DNA of 64,000 bases from Flavobacteriaceae bacterium (GCA_002721175.1 PBJR01000008.1:108685-172684), one strand, 5' to 3'; positions 49,850 to 60,781 are shown, numbered from the stretch's first letter. Numbers and translations are program-made. Notes: a model not told the origin generated them from the letters alone.

Positions 49850-52424
49850 ATGCAGAATTTCTACCTGCATTTATAACTCCAAATAAAGTACGAGTTACTA
49901 TTTTTTCAAAGACTTGAAGATCATCACAATTAACTTCTGCGCTATCTTCTAAGAACTGAATCCTTTGCAAAGCGTATTGCTGTATAGTAAGCAAAGGTAA
50001 TACAATTGATTCCCTTACATCAATTGAAGCCTTAATACTGGGCTCATTTTCCATGAGAAATTTATATCCGGAAACTTTCAGCAGTAATCTTTTCGTTAAT
50101 AAAAATTCATTATGTATAATTTTCCAAAATGAGCCAAATTCTTCATTTTTTTCCAAATAACTTGTTAACGGAAAGAAAGATTTACTCAGAGACATCATAC
50201 TGTTTTCAATCAAAGTTTTAAAAAAACTAGAATTATTGTAAAGAGAAATAACCTTATCCAAATCACCTCTGGATTCAAATTCATAAATAGCTGTTCCAAC
50301 GCCAAAAAAACCCGGTACATTTTGTTTTAATTGATTCCACGACCCAACAAATGGAATTGCCCTCAAATCATCAAATATCAATGATTTAGATTTTGACCTT
50401 TTAGACGGACGGCTACCTATATTAGCCTTCGCATAATATTTTAAAGTACTAATCCTCTCTAAATAAGGAATAAAACTATCGTGATTTTTAAATTTTTGAT
50501 AAGCACCATAACTAATTTCTGCAAGCTCACCTAACGTAGAACGATCTTCTTTACTGAGCGAATCATTATTATTAAGATATTTATTTGAAAGCCCCGAACT
50601 TATTAATTGCTCAAGATTATACTTTGACGAATGGGATGTACCAAAGTTGGAACTTATAGTTTGTCCCTGAATTGTTAATTGCACCTCTTTGTCTTCAATT
50701 GTTGGACCAAGTGATGCATAAAACTGATGAGTTTTTCCACCTCCTCTTGCAGGAGGACCACCACGACCATCAAAAAAAACAACGTCAATATTGTATTTTT
50801 TAGAAATACTGGTAAGATTCTCTTTTGCTTTAAAGATTGCCCAATTAGCCATAAAATAACCACCATCTTTCGTACCATCAGAAAATCCAAGCATTATAGT
50901 TTGTTTCTTACTTCTGCTCTTTAAATGGCTCATATAAACTTTGTTCTTATACAATTCTTCCATGACTTTAGAAGCATTTTTTAAATCATCTATTGTCTCG
51001 AAAAGAGGAACAATATCAATGCTTAATTTATCTTTAAAAGCAACTAATCTTAACATTGTAAACAACTGCATTACATTAAGAGCTGTCTGATTGTTACTGA
51101 TAATGTAGCGATTTGCACCCAATTCGCCATTTATTAATTGAATTTCTTTAACTACCTGTATCGTCTTTAAGGTATTGTAAACCAATCTGTCTTTAAAAAT
51201 TGAGATATCAATTGACGCATCCATATTAGATATAATTTTAATTTGTTCTTTTTCGTCTAACGAATTGTAATTTATTGGAAAAAAGTCAAACTTATTTTCG
51301 ATGCATACCTGTACTATTTTAGAAAAAACTTTATGATGAATTCGGCTATCTTGGCGAATATCAATTGTCGCAAAATGATATCCAAATAACCGTGTTTTAT
51401 TTATCAAGCTAGTAATATCAGTCAAATACAGTGAGTGATGTTTATTAATCACTATTTTTCTGATCTCCTTCAGCTTTGAAACAAAAAATTCAAAATCAAA
51501 TGAATTAATTTCTAAATGATTTTTACTTAATTGTTTAATTAAATCACTTAAACGATCCTCTACAAACTTAAAAGTTAGCTTCCGCTTTAATTTTTTTAAA
51601 TCTGAAATATAATTCTTAAATAATGTCTCTTTCAAAAGATAGGCGACCTTTAAGGTTGTTTCAGGTAAGACAAACGGATTTCCATCCCTGTCCCCCCCGG
51701 GCCAAAATCCAATGTTGATAACCTCATTTTGAATATCCTTAGAGTTGTATATATTTTGCTGGATATAGTCAAATATAGATCCAAAAGAGTCATAAAAAAC
51801 ATGCTCCAAATACCAAATTAAGTTAACAGCTTCATCAAAAGGAGTAGGCTTTTCATGCTTAAAAAAGGGTGTTTTGCCTAATTGTGCTAAAAGATTTTTA
51901 ATCGATTCCATATTATTTTGGCGAATTTCCTCAGACAAATCTGTTATGATTCCTAAAACTGAACCAGGATAGAATTGAGTAGGATGGGCTGTCAAAACAA
52001 TTCTAACCTTAAACTCGCTTAAATACTTTTTTAATTCATCAAAACGGTTTTGAGAAAATGCTTTTTCCTTCAAACTTCTTAATGTTCCTAACCCGTCCAT
52101 ATTGTTTATTATTGGAAAGGCTGCATCTTCAATCGCATCAAAAAGTACAACTTGACGCTCGATGTATTGAATAAATCTGAACAGAAGTTTTAATTGGCTT
52201 TTCTTTGAACGCCGACCTTGATACTTTCTAAAAAATGTTTCGACTATTGTAGTTGGATCATCACCTGATAAATATCCTTTTTCACACGTTTCATGAAAGA
52301 GAGGCAACAGAACACCTGTTTTAGTTATCTGATCAAATGGCAATGTCATAAAAATACTATTGTAAATTTTAAACTTTGACAATACATTTTGTTTAAAACG
52401 CTCCAACTTGGGTTTTACAGACAT
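49848..52424 (-). CDS. ppc: Phosphoenolpyruvate carboxylase
   Basis: Motifs VLTAHPT, GGDRDGNP, VPLFET, QTIMLGFSDGTKDGG, LRAIPF, C-terminal RNSA. Start at ATG 52424 or TTG 52436. Confidence 0.96.
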   Translation of the reverse strand: MSVKPKLERFKQNVLSKFKIYNSIFMTLPFDQITKTGVLLPLFHETCEKGYLSGDDPTTIVETFFRKYQGRRSKKSQLKLLFRFIQYIERQVVLFDAIEDAAFPIINNMDGLGTLRSLKEKAFSQNRFDELKKYLSEFKVRIVLTAHPTQFYPGSVLGIITDLSEEIRQNNMESIKNLLAQLGKTPFFKHEKPTPFDEAVNLIWYLEHVFYDSFGSIFDYIQQNIYNSKDIQNEVINIGFWPGGDRDGNPFVLPETTLKVAYLLKETLFKNYISDLKKLKRKLTFKFVEDRLSDLIKQLSKNHLEINSFDFEFFVSKLKEIRKIVINKHHSLYLTDITSLINKTRLFGYHFATIDIRQDSRIHHKVFSKIVQVCIENKFDFFPINYNSLDEKEQIKIISNMDASIDISIFKDRLVYNTLKTIQVVKEIQLINGELGANRYIISNNQTALNVMQLFTMLRLVAFKDKLSIDIVPLFETIDDLKNASKVMEELYKNKVYMSHLKSRSKKQTIMLGFSDGTKDGGYFMANWAIFKAKENLTSISKKYNIDVVFFDGRGGPPARGGGKTHQFYASLGPTIEDKEVQLTIQGQTISSNFGTSHSSKYNLEQLISSGLSNKYLNNNDSLSKEDRSTLGELAEISYGAYQKFKNHDSFIPYLERISTLKYYAKANIGSRPSKRSKSKSLIFDDLRAIPFVGSWNQLKQNVPGFFGVGTAIYEFESRGDLDKVISLYNNSSFFKTLIENSMMSLSKSFFPLTSYLEKNEEFGSFWKIIHNEFLLTKRLLLKVSGYKFLMENEPSIKASIDVRESIVLPLLTIQQYALQRIQFLEDSAEVNCDDLQVFEKIVTRTLFGVINAGRNSA

Positions 52425-52446
52425 AATTTGTACCAATGATCTATCG

Positions 52447-52454
52447 CAAATATA
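52447..52454 (-). promoter_or_regulatory. -7 element for ppc
   Basis: Minus strand TATATTTG matches TAnnTTTG. Confidence 0.55.
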
Positions 52455-52615
52455 ATAAAGCTAATATCTTAATATATACTATTGAGTATTTATTATTAAT
52501 TTATTAAAATTAATTGAATATTATCAAAATATTACAAAGAACTTATTTGGATATTGAGAATATGTTGGTTAAAAAAATCACTATATTTATTTTAAACCAA
52601 AAAATTAATCAAAAC

Positions 52616-53593
52616 ATGTCAGATCTCAAATTATTTGATAATATATCACTTCCTGTAATAGCAGCACCAATGTTTTTAATCTCTGGTCCTAAATTAGTCA
52701 TAGAATGTTGTAAAAATGGTATAATTGGTACTTTTCCTGCACTAAACCAAAGAACAACAAAGGGCCTAGAAGAATGGATTATTCAAATCAAAACTTCACT
52801 AGAAAATTTTGAAAGTAAAACTGGAAAAAAAGCAGCTCCTTTTGGAGTTAATTTAATTGTACATCAATCTAATCCTAGACTAAAGTCTGACCTAAAAATT
52901 TGTATTAAACATCGTGTACCACTAATAATTACATCTTTAGGGGCTGTTCCAAAGCTAGTAAATGCTGTTCAAGGATATGGAGGTAAAGTTTTTCATGATG
53001 TTATAAAAAAACGACATGCTGAAAAAGCAGCAGAAGCTGGAGTTGATGGCTTAATTCTAGTTTGTGCAGGCGCAGGTGGTCATGCTGGAACTTTGCATCC
53101 AATGCCATTTATATTTGAAATTAAAAAGTTTTTTAAAAAGACAATAATACTATCAGGGTGTATAACTAATGGTAGAGACATAGCATCTGCACTTCAAATG
53201 GGTGCAGATTTTGCTTACATGGGAACTCGCTTTATCAATACAAAAGAAAGCAAAGCAAGCGAGAATTATAAAAAAATGATCATTGATTCTTGTGCAAGTG
53301 ATATTATATACACTGCGGCAATTTCAGGGGTGGCTGCTAACTTTCTTAAACCTAGCTTAGAAGCCATAGGAATTAATTCAGAAATGTTAGAAAAAAATAA
53401 AAAAATAAATTTCGGTAATGATTTGTCGATGATGGAAAAAGAAATTAAAGCCTGGAGTACAATTTGGTCTGCTGGACAGGGAGTGAGTAGTATTAAGGAT
53501 AATATTGCTATTGAGCTTTTGGTAATAAATATGAAAAAGGAGTTAAGAGAAGTAATAGAAGAGCAACAATTATTATTAAAAAAATATTTCTAA
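52616..53593 (+). CDS. Nitronate monooxygenase / FabK-like FMN-dependent oxidoreductase
   Basis: Motifs PVIAAPMFLIS, AGAGGHAG, AYMGTRFI, WSAGQG. Likely start MSDLKL at 52616; the track extends to 52514. Confidence 0.88.
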   Translation: MSDLKLFDNISLPVIAAPMFLISGPKLVIECCKNGIIGTFPALNQRTTKGLEEWIIQIKTSLENFESKTGKKAAPFGVNLIVHQSNPRLKSDLKICIKHRVPLIITSLGAVPKLVNAVQGYGGKVFHDVIKKRHAEKAAEAGVDGLILVCAGAGGHAGTLHPMPFIFEIKKFFKKTIILSGCITNGRDIASALQMGADFAYMGTRFINTKESKASENYKKMIIDSCASDIIYTAAISGVAANFLKPSLEAIGINSEMLEKNKKINFGNDLSMMEKEIKAWSTIWSAGQGVSSIKDNIAIELLVINMKKELREVIEEQQLLLKKYF

Positions 53594-53596
53594 AAT

Positions 53597-54217
53597 TCAA
53601 TTAATTAAAATTGTTATAGCAATTACTACAAATACGAAAATTTGAATTCTGTTCAGAACCAAAAGTCTGTATTTTGATCTAAAAATTAGTTCTACAAAAA
53701 AAGTAGATAAAAAAACGTAAAAACAAAAAACAAAAAAAGATGTAATAACAAAAATAAATCCCAAAGCGATGAATTGCTTAAAAAGTTCCATCTTTTCGCT
53801 AAATAAAAAAGCTGGAAAAAAAGCAATAAAAAATATTGAGACTTTAGGATTAATGACATTCATTATAAATCCTTGTTTAAATAATTCAAAATTTTTGATG
53901 TATTGATCTTTTTTTGAATACTTATTAGTTTTCATGTCAGAATTATAAACCTTTGCTGCCAAATAAAGCATATAAGCTGAACCAAAAAACTTTAAAATAA
54001 AATAAAAATAATCGTTTGATTGAATGAAAGCTGAAAGACCTAACGCAACAATCCCAGTATGTATAAAACATCCTGTCATTAAGCCAGCAACAACTGCCAA
54101 ACCTGATTTACGTCCGTATGTTGCACTTTGAATTAAGACAAAAATATTATCTGGTCCAGGTGAAATTGCAAGAGCGAGGGTTGCAAAAACAAATGATATT
54201 AGAATTTGAAAATCCAA
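53597..54217 (-). CDS. LysE/RhtB family translocator
   Basis: Motifs SPGPDNIFV, GFIMNVINPKV..FF.AFFP. Confidence 0.92.
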   Translation of the reverse strand: MDFQILISFVFATLALAISPGPDNIFVLIQSATYGRKSGLAVVAGLMTGCFIHTGIVALGLSAFIQSNDYFYFILKFFGSAYMLYLAAKVYNSDMKTNKYSKKDQYIKNFELFKQGFIMNVINPKVSIFFIAFFPAFLFSEKMELFKQFIALGFIFVITSFFVFCFYVFLSTFFVELIFRSKYRLLVLNRIQIFVFVVIAITILIN

Positions 54218-54229
54218 AATTAATTTGTT

Positions 54230-55261
54230 TTACTTATTTAATAAAGCTTTGTTTATTTTCTTAATAATTCCAGGTCCCTCATAAACAAAACCAGTGTAAA
54301 TTTGTATTAAATCTGCTCCCGCCTCTAGCTTTTCTATGGCATCTTCGGGAGAATGAATTCCACCGACACCAATAATTGAGAATGCCTTATTACTTTTATT
54401 TGAAAGGTATTTGATAACTCTAGTGCTTCTAGATCTAATAGGTTTACCACTAAGTCCACCAGAACCAATAGCATCTAAATCTTTGTCAGGAGTTTTTAGA
54501 TCTTCTCTCAGAATTGAAGTATTACATGCAATTACCCCAGCAATTTTTGTCTCTGAAATTAAACTTATAACTTCATCTAATTGAAAATCATTTAGGTCCG
54601 GAGAAATCTTCAGCAGAATAGGTCTTTGAACTTTAAATTTTTTATTCAATTTTTTCATTTCATATATGAGCTTGAATAAATAATCTTTATCATTTAGCTT
54701 AGAATGACTTTCTACATTCGGGCAACTTACATTTAATACAAAGTAATTTACATATGGATGCAATGTTTCAAAACATTTTGCATAATCATTGGTGTACTTT
54801 TCAGGACGAGTTTGAGTATTGTTTCCAATATTGGCTCCAATAATAATTTTATTTTTATTCTTTTTTAAATTTGAAATTAATGAATCCAGCCCTAAATTAT
54901 TCAAACCCATCCTATTAATTAGTGCCTCATCGTTTTCTAATCTAAAAAGACGCTTTTTGGGATTGCCCATTTGATATTTTGGTGTAACAGTTCCAATTTC
55001 TATAAATCCAAAACCAAAATTTGCCAATTCATTGTATAAGACAGCATTTTTATCAAAACCAGCTGCTAATCCTACAGGATTATCAAATTTTAGTCCAAAT
55101 AATCTGCGCTCAAGTCTTGGGTCCTTAATTTGAAAAAAGAATTTTATAATATTTGAAAAAAATGGAACTTTAAAGGCTAATTTAACAACATTAAATATAA
55201 AGTAGTGTACTGATTCGGGATCAAACTTAAATAGTAGGGAACGAATAATATACTTATACAT
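54230..55261 (-). CDS. pyrD: Quinone-dependent dihydroorotate dehydrogenase (class 2)
   Basis: Motifs NPVGLAAGFDKN, INRMG.NN, NVSCPN, KISPD, GGLSG, IGVGGI. ATG 55261 is preferred because a TATTTTTG -7 element covers the track's start at 55279. Confidence 0.95.
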   Translation of the reverse strand: MYKYIIRSLLFKFDPESVHYFIFNVVKLAFKVPFFSNIIKFFFQIKDPRLERRLFGLKFDNPVGLAAGFDKNAVLYNELANFGFGFIEIGTVTPKYQMGNPKKRLFRLENDEALINRMGLNNLGLDSLISNLKKNKNKIIIGANIGNNTQTRPEKYTNDYAKCFETLHPYVNYFVLNVSCPNVESHSKLNDKDYLFKLIYEMKKLNKKFKVQRPILLKISPDLNDFQLDEVISLISETKIAGVIACNTSILREDLKTPDKDLDAIGSGGLSGKPIRSRSTRVIKYLSNKSNKAFSIIGVGGIHSPEDAIEKLEAGADLIQIYTGFVYEGPGIIKKINKALLNK

Positions 55262-55356
55262 AGTTCGCTTTTGGATCACAAAAATACGTTAAATTAAAAC
55301 ATTAAAAAAGAAAGAATTTATAGCTTGGTAATTTATCTGGGGTTAATTAATTTTGA

Positions 55357-56613
55357 ATGAATTTTAAAATTATGATTGATAAATTACATTTACTAAATCG
55401 TTTTTTAAGCTTTGTAAAAATTGACACCCAAAGTGATCCAAGCTCTGACAATACTCCAAGCACAAAAAAACAATGGAAATTAGCAAACAAAATAGCTGAA
55501 GAACTAAAAAATATTGGACTTTCACAGGTTTCTATTGACGAAAATGCGTATGTGTTTGGAACATTACCATCAAATGTTAATCACCACGTCCCAACTATTG
55601 GATTTATATCTCATTTTGACACATCCCCTGACTTTACTGCTAATAATGTAAACCCCAAAATTATCCAAAATTACGATGGAAAAGATATTATTTTGAATGC
55701 AAAAGAAAACATAATTTTATCACCAAATTATTTTGAAGAATTATCATTCTATAAAGGTCAAACAATTATAACAACTGATGGAAAAACATTGTTGGGAGCA
55801 GATGACAAGGCCGGTGTTTGTGAAATTATTAGTGCAATGGAATACCTTAAAAAACATCCTGAAATCAAGCATGGTACAATCAAAGTAGGATTTACACCTG
55901 ATGAAGAAATAGGTCGCGGTGCAAAGAAATTTGATATTAGCAAATTTGGTGCGGAATGGGCATATACTATGGATGGTAGCCAAATTGGTGAGTTGGAATA
56001 TGAGAATTTTAACGCTGCAAATGTAAAAATTACTATTTATGGAAAAATTGTTCATCCAGGTTATGCAAAAGGAAAAATGATAAATTCTATGCACTACGCC
56101 CAAAAATTAATTGAAAAATTACCAAAAAAAGAAGTCCCTGAACTTACGCAAGACTACCAAGGTTTTTTTCACTTACAGAGTATTGAAGGAAATGTTGAAA
56201 AAACAATTTTAAATTATTTAATAAGAGACCATGACCTAAATCTATTCAATAATCGAAAAATAATAATAAAAGAGATTGTAAATAAATTAAGTAAAGAATT
56301 TAATAAAGTTCGATTTGAAATTGATATACAAGATCAATACTTTAACATGAAAGAAAAAATAGTCCCTGTAATTCATATAGTAGAAATAGCAGAAACTGCC
56401 ATGAAAGAACTAAAAATAAAACCTATTATCAAGCCGATTAGAGGCGGGACAGATGGTTCACAATTAAGTTACATGGGCCTACCTTGTCCCAACATATTCG
56501 CTGGTGGCCACAATTTTCATGGTCCATATGAGTATATACCACTTCAGAGCATGGTTATGGCTACAAATGTGATTTGTAAAATCGCGGAATTAACTCAAGA
56601 AAGATACAGATAA
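55357..56613 (+). CDS. pepT: Peptidase T (M20B tripeptidase)
   Basis: Motifs SHFDTS, LLGADDKAG, FTPDEEIGRG, HPGYAK, PIRGGTDG, NFHG. Confidence 0.96.
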   Translation: MNFKIMIDKLHLLNRFLSFVKIDTQSDPSSDNTPSTKKQWKLANKIAEELKNIGLSQVSIDENAYVFGTLPSNVNHHVPTIGFISHFDTSPDFTANNVNPKIIQNYDGKDIILNAKENIILSPNYFEELSFYKGQTIITTDGKTLLGADDKAGVCEIISAMEYLKKHPEIKHGTIKVGFTPDEEIGRGAKKFDISKFGAEWAYTMDGSQIGELEYENFNAANVKITIYGKIVHPGYAKGKMINSMHYAQKLIEKLPKKEVPELTQDYQGFFHLQSIEGNVEKTILNYLIRDHDLNLFNNRKIIIKEIVNKLSKEFNKVRFEIDIQDQYFNMKEKIVPVIHIVEIAETAMKELKIKPIIKPIRGGTDGSQLSYMGLPCPNIFAGGHNFHGPYEYIPLQSMVMATNVICKIAELTQERYR

Positions 56614-56658
56614 ATTTGTAATCTGAAAATCAAATTTCTATACTAGTATTATTTTGAG

Positions 56659-56946
56659 CTATTTATTAGGCTTATTTAATTTTTGAGACATTTCAATTGA
56701 TAGAGCAGAACGCTCAATCTTTATTTTACCTGCCAAGGTCTCGATTACACAAGTATTATCTTTATCATTTATAGCCGCTATTTTTGCATGTATTCCAGAT
56801 TTAGTAATAACACGGTCGCCTTTTTTTAAATTGGAATTGAATTGGCGTTCTCTTTTTCTCTGCTTCAACCCAGGAGCTATCAAAAAAAAATAAGTTATAA
56901 ATATAATAGCTATTAGAAAAACACTATTTGGAATTGAACCCTCCAT
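56659..56946 (-). CDS. yajC: Preprotein translocase subunit YajC
   Basis: One TM helix, YFFLIAP, LKKGDRVITKSGIH; nusB-DUF1573-yajC order. Confidence 0.92.
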   Translation of the reverse strand: MEGSIPNSVFLIAIIFITYFFLIAPGLKQRKRERQFNSNLKKGDRVITKSGIHAKIAAINDKDNTCVIETLAGKIKIERSALSIEMSQKLNKPNK

Positions 56947-56965
56947 GATTATTATTTTTATGCCG

Positions 56966-57436
56966 TTAATTAATTTTTTTTAGTTGTGATGCTTTAGGGT
57001 CAGGTTTTATAAATGCAGTAATTTCAACATCGTGTTCGCCAATATTTGAAGTCATTCTTACAGTTTTTGAAACCTTATTTGCTCCCTTACCATTAAATTC
57101 TACGGTAAACTGCGAGGATTCGCCTGGCATTAATGGTTCTTTTTTCCAGCCGGTTGGAACTGTACAACCACACTTACCTTTAATATCACTAACCACAAGA
57201 GCAGAATTTCCAGTGTTAGTATAAGAAAATACTGTTTTTACAGGTGTTCCGTTTTGAATTTCACCAAAGTCATGAATAGTTTTATCAAAAGAAATTGACG
57301 CCGACAATTTTTTTGAATCGCGCTCAGCAGCAATTTTTATATTTTCTTTTTTTATTTTTTTTGTGACATTATTCTTATCGCAAGAAAACAAAAAGCAAAT
57401 AAATAAAGAAGAAAGAAAAAATTTTAAATTACTCAT
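56966..57436 (-). CDS. DUF1573 domain lipoprotein
   Basis: Lipobox LFSC; HDFG, F.YTNTG...L, CGCTVP, PGES. Confidence 0.9.
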   Translation of the reverse strand: MSNLKFFLSSLFICFLFSCDKNNVTKKIKKENIKIAAERDSKKLSASISFDKTIHDFGEIQNGTPVKTVFSYTNTGNSALVVSDIKGKCGCTVPTGWKKEPLMPGESSQFTVEFNGKGANKVSKTVRMTSNIGEHDVEITAFIKPDPKASQLKKIN

Positions 57437-57473
57437 CCAATTGTGCTTAAAATATTTTATAAATTTAATAAAA

Positions 57474-58409
57474 TTACATCAAACCTCTACCTTTCTTATT
57501 CAATGTTTTATTGTCAATGTATTTTTTTAAAATTTTGTCCAAAATGCCATTTATAAAAACATTGCTTTTGGGAGTTGAATAATCTTTTGCGAGTTCAATG
57601 TATTCGTTAATAGTCACTTTTGCAGGTATATTAATAAATTCTTGGAATTCACATATAGCCATCTTTAAAATAATTAGGTCAATTATTGCGATACGATCTT
57701 TATCCCAATTTTTAGTCATTGAAATAATTTCATCGACATACTTATCAGAATTTTTAATAGTGCTTTCAATAAGATCAAAACCAAATCTCTCGTCTTTTGA
57801 ATCCTTAAATAATTTAGGTGTAAATAGGTTAGCTTTTTTATTGATTGGAATTTTACTAAATAACTTTACAATAAATGTATTAACAACTGGAAAATCATCC
57901 GACCAGGAAATATTTTTATCTTGGATATAATCATACAACTTACTGTTTGGAACGATAATCTTTTTGAAAATTTCAATTATAAAATTTGTGTCTTCCTGAA
58001 AGGATATATAAGGCGATTGCATGTAAAGCTTGTATATATCACTAGAAATTATATCCTTCAAAATCAAATCAACATAATCCATGTTATTGTCCCAATTGTA
58101 AACGCTATTTTCTATTTTATTACTGATAGATTTATTGTTACATAATTTTATTAGAAACTTATTTTCAATAAATCTCATGTTTGGATTAACATCATTCTCG
58201 GTTTTTATGTGTTTCTTAGACGATCTTTTTTGATAATTTATTGCTCTCACTCTTAATCTAATTAAAAAAGAAATCATTAACAAATACAGGTCATAGATTT
58301 CTTGCGTGGTTTTCGTTAACTTTTTGAACAAAATCTTATGATTTAAATTGTCTTTTTCTGAGTATAACAATTGCATTACCTTTGCACGAATATGTCTTCT
58401 GTTTAACAT
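57474..58409 (-). CDS. nusB: Transcription antitermination factor NusB (long Bacteroidota form)
   Basis: N-terminal MLNRRHIRAKVMQ; C-terminal NWDKDRIA.ID, KVTINEYIELAKDYST.KS..FINGILD. Confidence 0.95.
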   Translation of the reverse strand: MLNRRHIRAKVMQLLYSEKDNLNHKILFKKLTKTTQEIYDLYLLMISFLIRLRVRAINYQKRSSKKHIKTENDVNPNMRFIENKFLIKLCNNKSISNKIENSVYNWDNNMDYVDLILKDIISSDIYKLYMQSPYISFQEDTNFIIEIFKKIIVPNSKLYDYIQDKNISWSDDFPVVNTFIVKLFSKIPINKKANLFTPKLFKDSKDERFGFDLIESTIKNSDKYVDEIISMTKNWDKDRIAIIDLIILKMAICEFQEFINIPAKVTINEYIELAKDYSTPKSNVFINGILDKILKKYIDNKTLNKKGRGLM

Positions 58410-58462
58410 TTCAAAGAACTAATTTAAGTTTATATAATTATAACATTTTTAACTTAATGTCA

Positions 58463-58470
58463 CAAAAGTA
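58463..58470 (-). promoter_or_regulatory. -7 element for the nusB operon
   Basis: Minus strand TACTTTTG matches TAnnTTTG. Confidence 0.5.
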
Positions 58471-58555
58471 ATGTTATTTTAGAGGAAGAAATTAAAAAAA
58501 ACATTTTTTTGTAAATTAATTTTTATCACTTGAGTTAAACAATAAGTAAAATAAT

Positions 58556-60313
58556 TTGAAAGAACTAAGTTATCTCAATAAGTATTTTTCCAAATACAAA
58601 AGAAGTGTGATTTTTGGTGTGATAATTGTTATATTAGCGAAAATTTTTTCGCTTTTCCCCCCAAGATTGATTGGAGATGTTGTGACTATTGTTGCCAATC
58701 AACTCGAAAATCCTGTTTCTGTAAGTGTTTTTAAAAAGAAAATAGCCTTAAAAATAATATTCATTTTATTTGCCGCAATTATAACGGGAATTTTTACATT
58801 TTTAATGCGCCAAACACTGATAAATGTTTCGAGGTACATTGAATTTGACTTAAAAAATGAAATATATGAACACTACCAAAAACTTTCTTTAAATTTTTAT
58901 AAAAAAAACAGAACAGGGGATTTGATGAGTCGCATTTCAGAAGATGTAGGAAAAGTTAGAATGTACGCTGGACCAGCATTGATGTATACAATCAATACCA
59001 TAACACTTTCTATTGTAATAATTTTTTACATGTACAATAAAGCACCATTATTAACTCTATACACTATTTTACCACTTCCAATTCTCTCTATATCAATTTA
59101 TTTTTTAAGTAAATTGATCAATAAACAAAGTACTATTGTTCAAAAACAATTATCTGCTCTTTCGTCATTAGCTCAAGAAATATTTAGCGGTATAAGAGTT
59201 ACAAAATCATACGTTGTTGAAGACAAAATGAGGAATGATTTTACCCAATATTCTGTCAGCCAAATGAAAAAAAAATTAAATCTCAGCAAGATTCAAGCAT
59301 TCTTTTATCCTTTAATGTTGTTCCTTATAGGTTCAAGTAATTTGATCGTTATTTACATTGGAGGAAAACAGTACATCTCTGGGCAAATACCAGAGTTAGG
59401 TATAATTGCAGAATTTATAATTTATGTTAATATGCTGACATGGCCTGTTGCTTCAATTGGATGGGTGACATCGCTTGTTCAAGAAGCGGAAGCTTCACAA
59501 AAAAGAATAAATGAATTTTTAAAACAGAAAGTTGATATTTCCAGTACTGAAAATTTATTATCTAATATAGATGGGAAAATTTGCTTCAAAAATGTTTACA
59601 TGAAATATGAGGATACAAAAATCATGGCATTAAAAAATATAAGTTTTACCTTGGAAATTGGAAAAACATTGGCTATAATTGGAAAGACCGGTAGTGGAAA
59701 ATCTACAATTCTTGAACTTGTAGGCAGACTTCACGATACGACCAACGGTAGCATTGAAATTGATGATATTAACATACAAAAATTAGATTTACAAAATTTA
59801 AGAAACAGCATTGGATATGTTCCACAAGATCCGTTTCTTTTTTCAGACAGTATTGAGAACAATATAAAATTTGGCAAAAAAGATGCAATATGTGATGAAA
59901 TTACCGTTGCTGCAAAAAAATCTGCTGTTCATAATGATATAATAAAATTTAAGGATGGGTATAGAACTGTTTTGGGTGAACGTGGAATCACACTTTCCGG
60001 TGGACAAAAACAAAGGATATCAATCGCTAGAGCATTAATAAAAAACCCTCAAATATTACTTTTAGATGATTGCCTTTCAGCAGTTGACACTGAAACAGAA
60101 GAAGTAATATTAAATAATCTAAAATCAATTATGGAAGATAAAACAACTATTATAGCCAGTCATCGAATATCATCTGTAAAAAACGCGGATAAAATATTAG
60201 TTATGGATAATGGTGAAGTAGTACAGCAGGGAAAGCATTTTGAATTAATTAAACAAGACGGGGTGTACAAAGAATTGTTCAAAAAACAATTAAAAGATTC
60301 AGATAAATTATAA
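58556..60313 (+). CDS. ABC exporter, fused permease/ATPase (MdlA/MsbA-like)
   Basis: N-terminal TM domain, Walker A GKTGSGKS, signature LSGGQKQR, Walker B LLLDD, H-loop SHR; TTG start. Confidence 0.95.
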   Translation: MKELSYLNKYFSKYKRSVIFGVIIVILAKIFSLFPPRLIGDVVTIVANQLENPVSVSVFKKKIALKIIFILFAAIITGIFTFLMRQTLINVSRYIEFDLKNEIYEHYQKLSLNFYKKNRTGDLMSRISEDVGKVRMYAGPALMYTINTITLSIVIIFYMYNKAPLLTLYTILPLPILSISIYFLSKLINKQSTIVQKQLSALSSLAQEIFSGIRVTKSYVVEDKMRNDFTQYSVSQMKKKLNLSKIQAFFYPLMLFLIGSSNLIVIYIGGKQYISGQIPELGIIAEFIIYVNMLTWPVASIGWVTSLVQEAEASQKRINEFLKQKVDISSTENLLSNIDGKICFKNVYMKYEDTKIMALKNISFTLEIGKTLAIIGKTGSGKSTILELVGRLHDTTNGSIEIDDINIQKLDLQNLRNSIGYVPQDPFLFSDSIENNIKFGKKDAICDEITVAAKKSAVHNDIIKFKDGYRTVLGERGITLSGGQKQRISIARALIKNPQILLLDDCLSAVDTETEEVILNNLKSIMEDKTTIIASHRISSVKNADKILVMDNGEVVQQGKHFELIKQDGVYKELFKKQLKDSDKL

Positions 60314-60406
60314 GTTTTATTTAAAAATAATTTATAGTTTAAAAGTTGGCAAGATCATATATTTTTTAGACTTTTGATTTATTATAAATGATAAAATAGT
60401 AATAAA

Positions 60407-60724
60407 ATGAATGAAAGAGAGCAGGATATTTTTTCTAAAAGCTTGAGAGCTGGCAGAAGGACTTATTTTTTTGACGTTAAAGCAACAAAGGCAGGAGATT
60501 ATTATCTAAATATTACTGAAAGTAAAAAATTCACCAATGAAGACGGATCATTCCATTTCAAAAAACACAAGATTTTTCTCTACAAGGAAGATTTCAAAGA
60601 ATTTAGCTCAATCCTAAATGAAATGACTAAATTTATTTTTGATGAAAAGGGAGAAGACATTATCAACGAATCTGATTTAGTCAAGGAAGATTTGAGTAGA
60701 AACGATAAAGAGGAAACTAATTAA
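60407..60724 (+). CDS. DUF3276 / PUR-like nucleic-acid-binding protein
   Basis: IFSKSLRAGRRTYFFDVK...YLNITESKK...KHKIFLYKEDF. Confidence 0.92.
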   Translation: MNEREQDIFSKSLRAGRRTYFFDVKATKAGDYYLNITESKKFTNEDGSFHFKKHKIFLYKEDFKEFSSILNEMTKFIFDEKGEDIINESDLVKEDLSRNDKEETN

Positions 60725-60781
60725 CCAAAAGAATTAATAAATAACCAAAACTCTAATTTTACAATAGAAGATTTTAAATCT

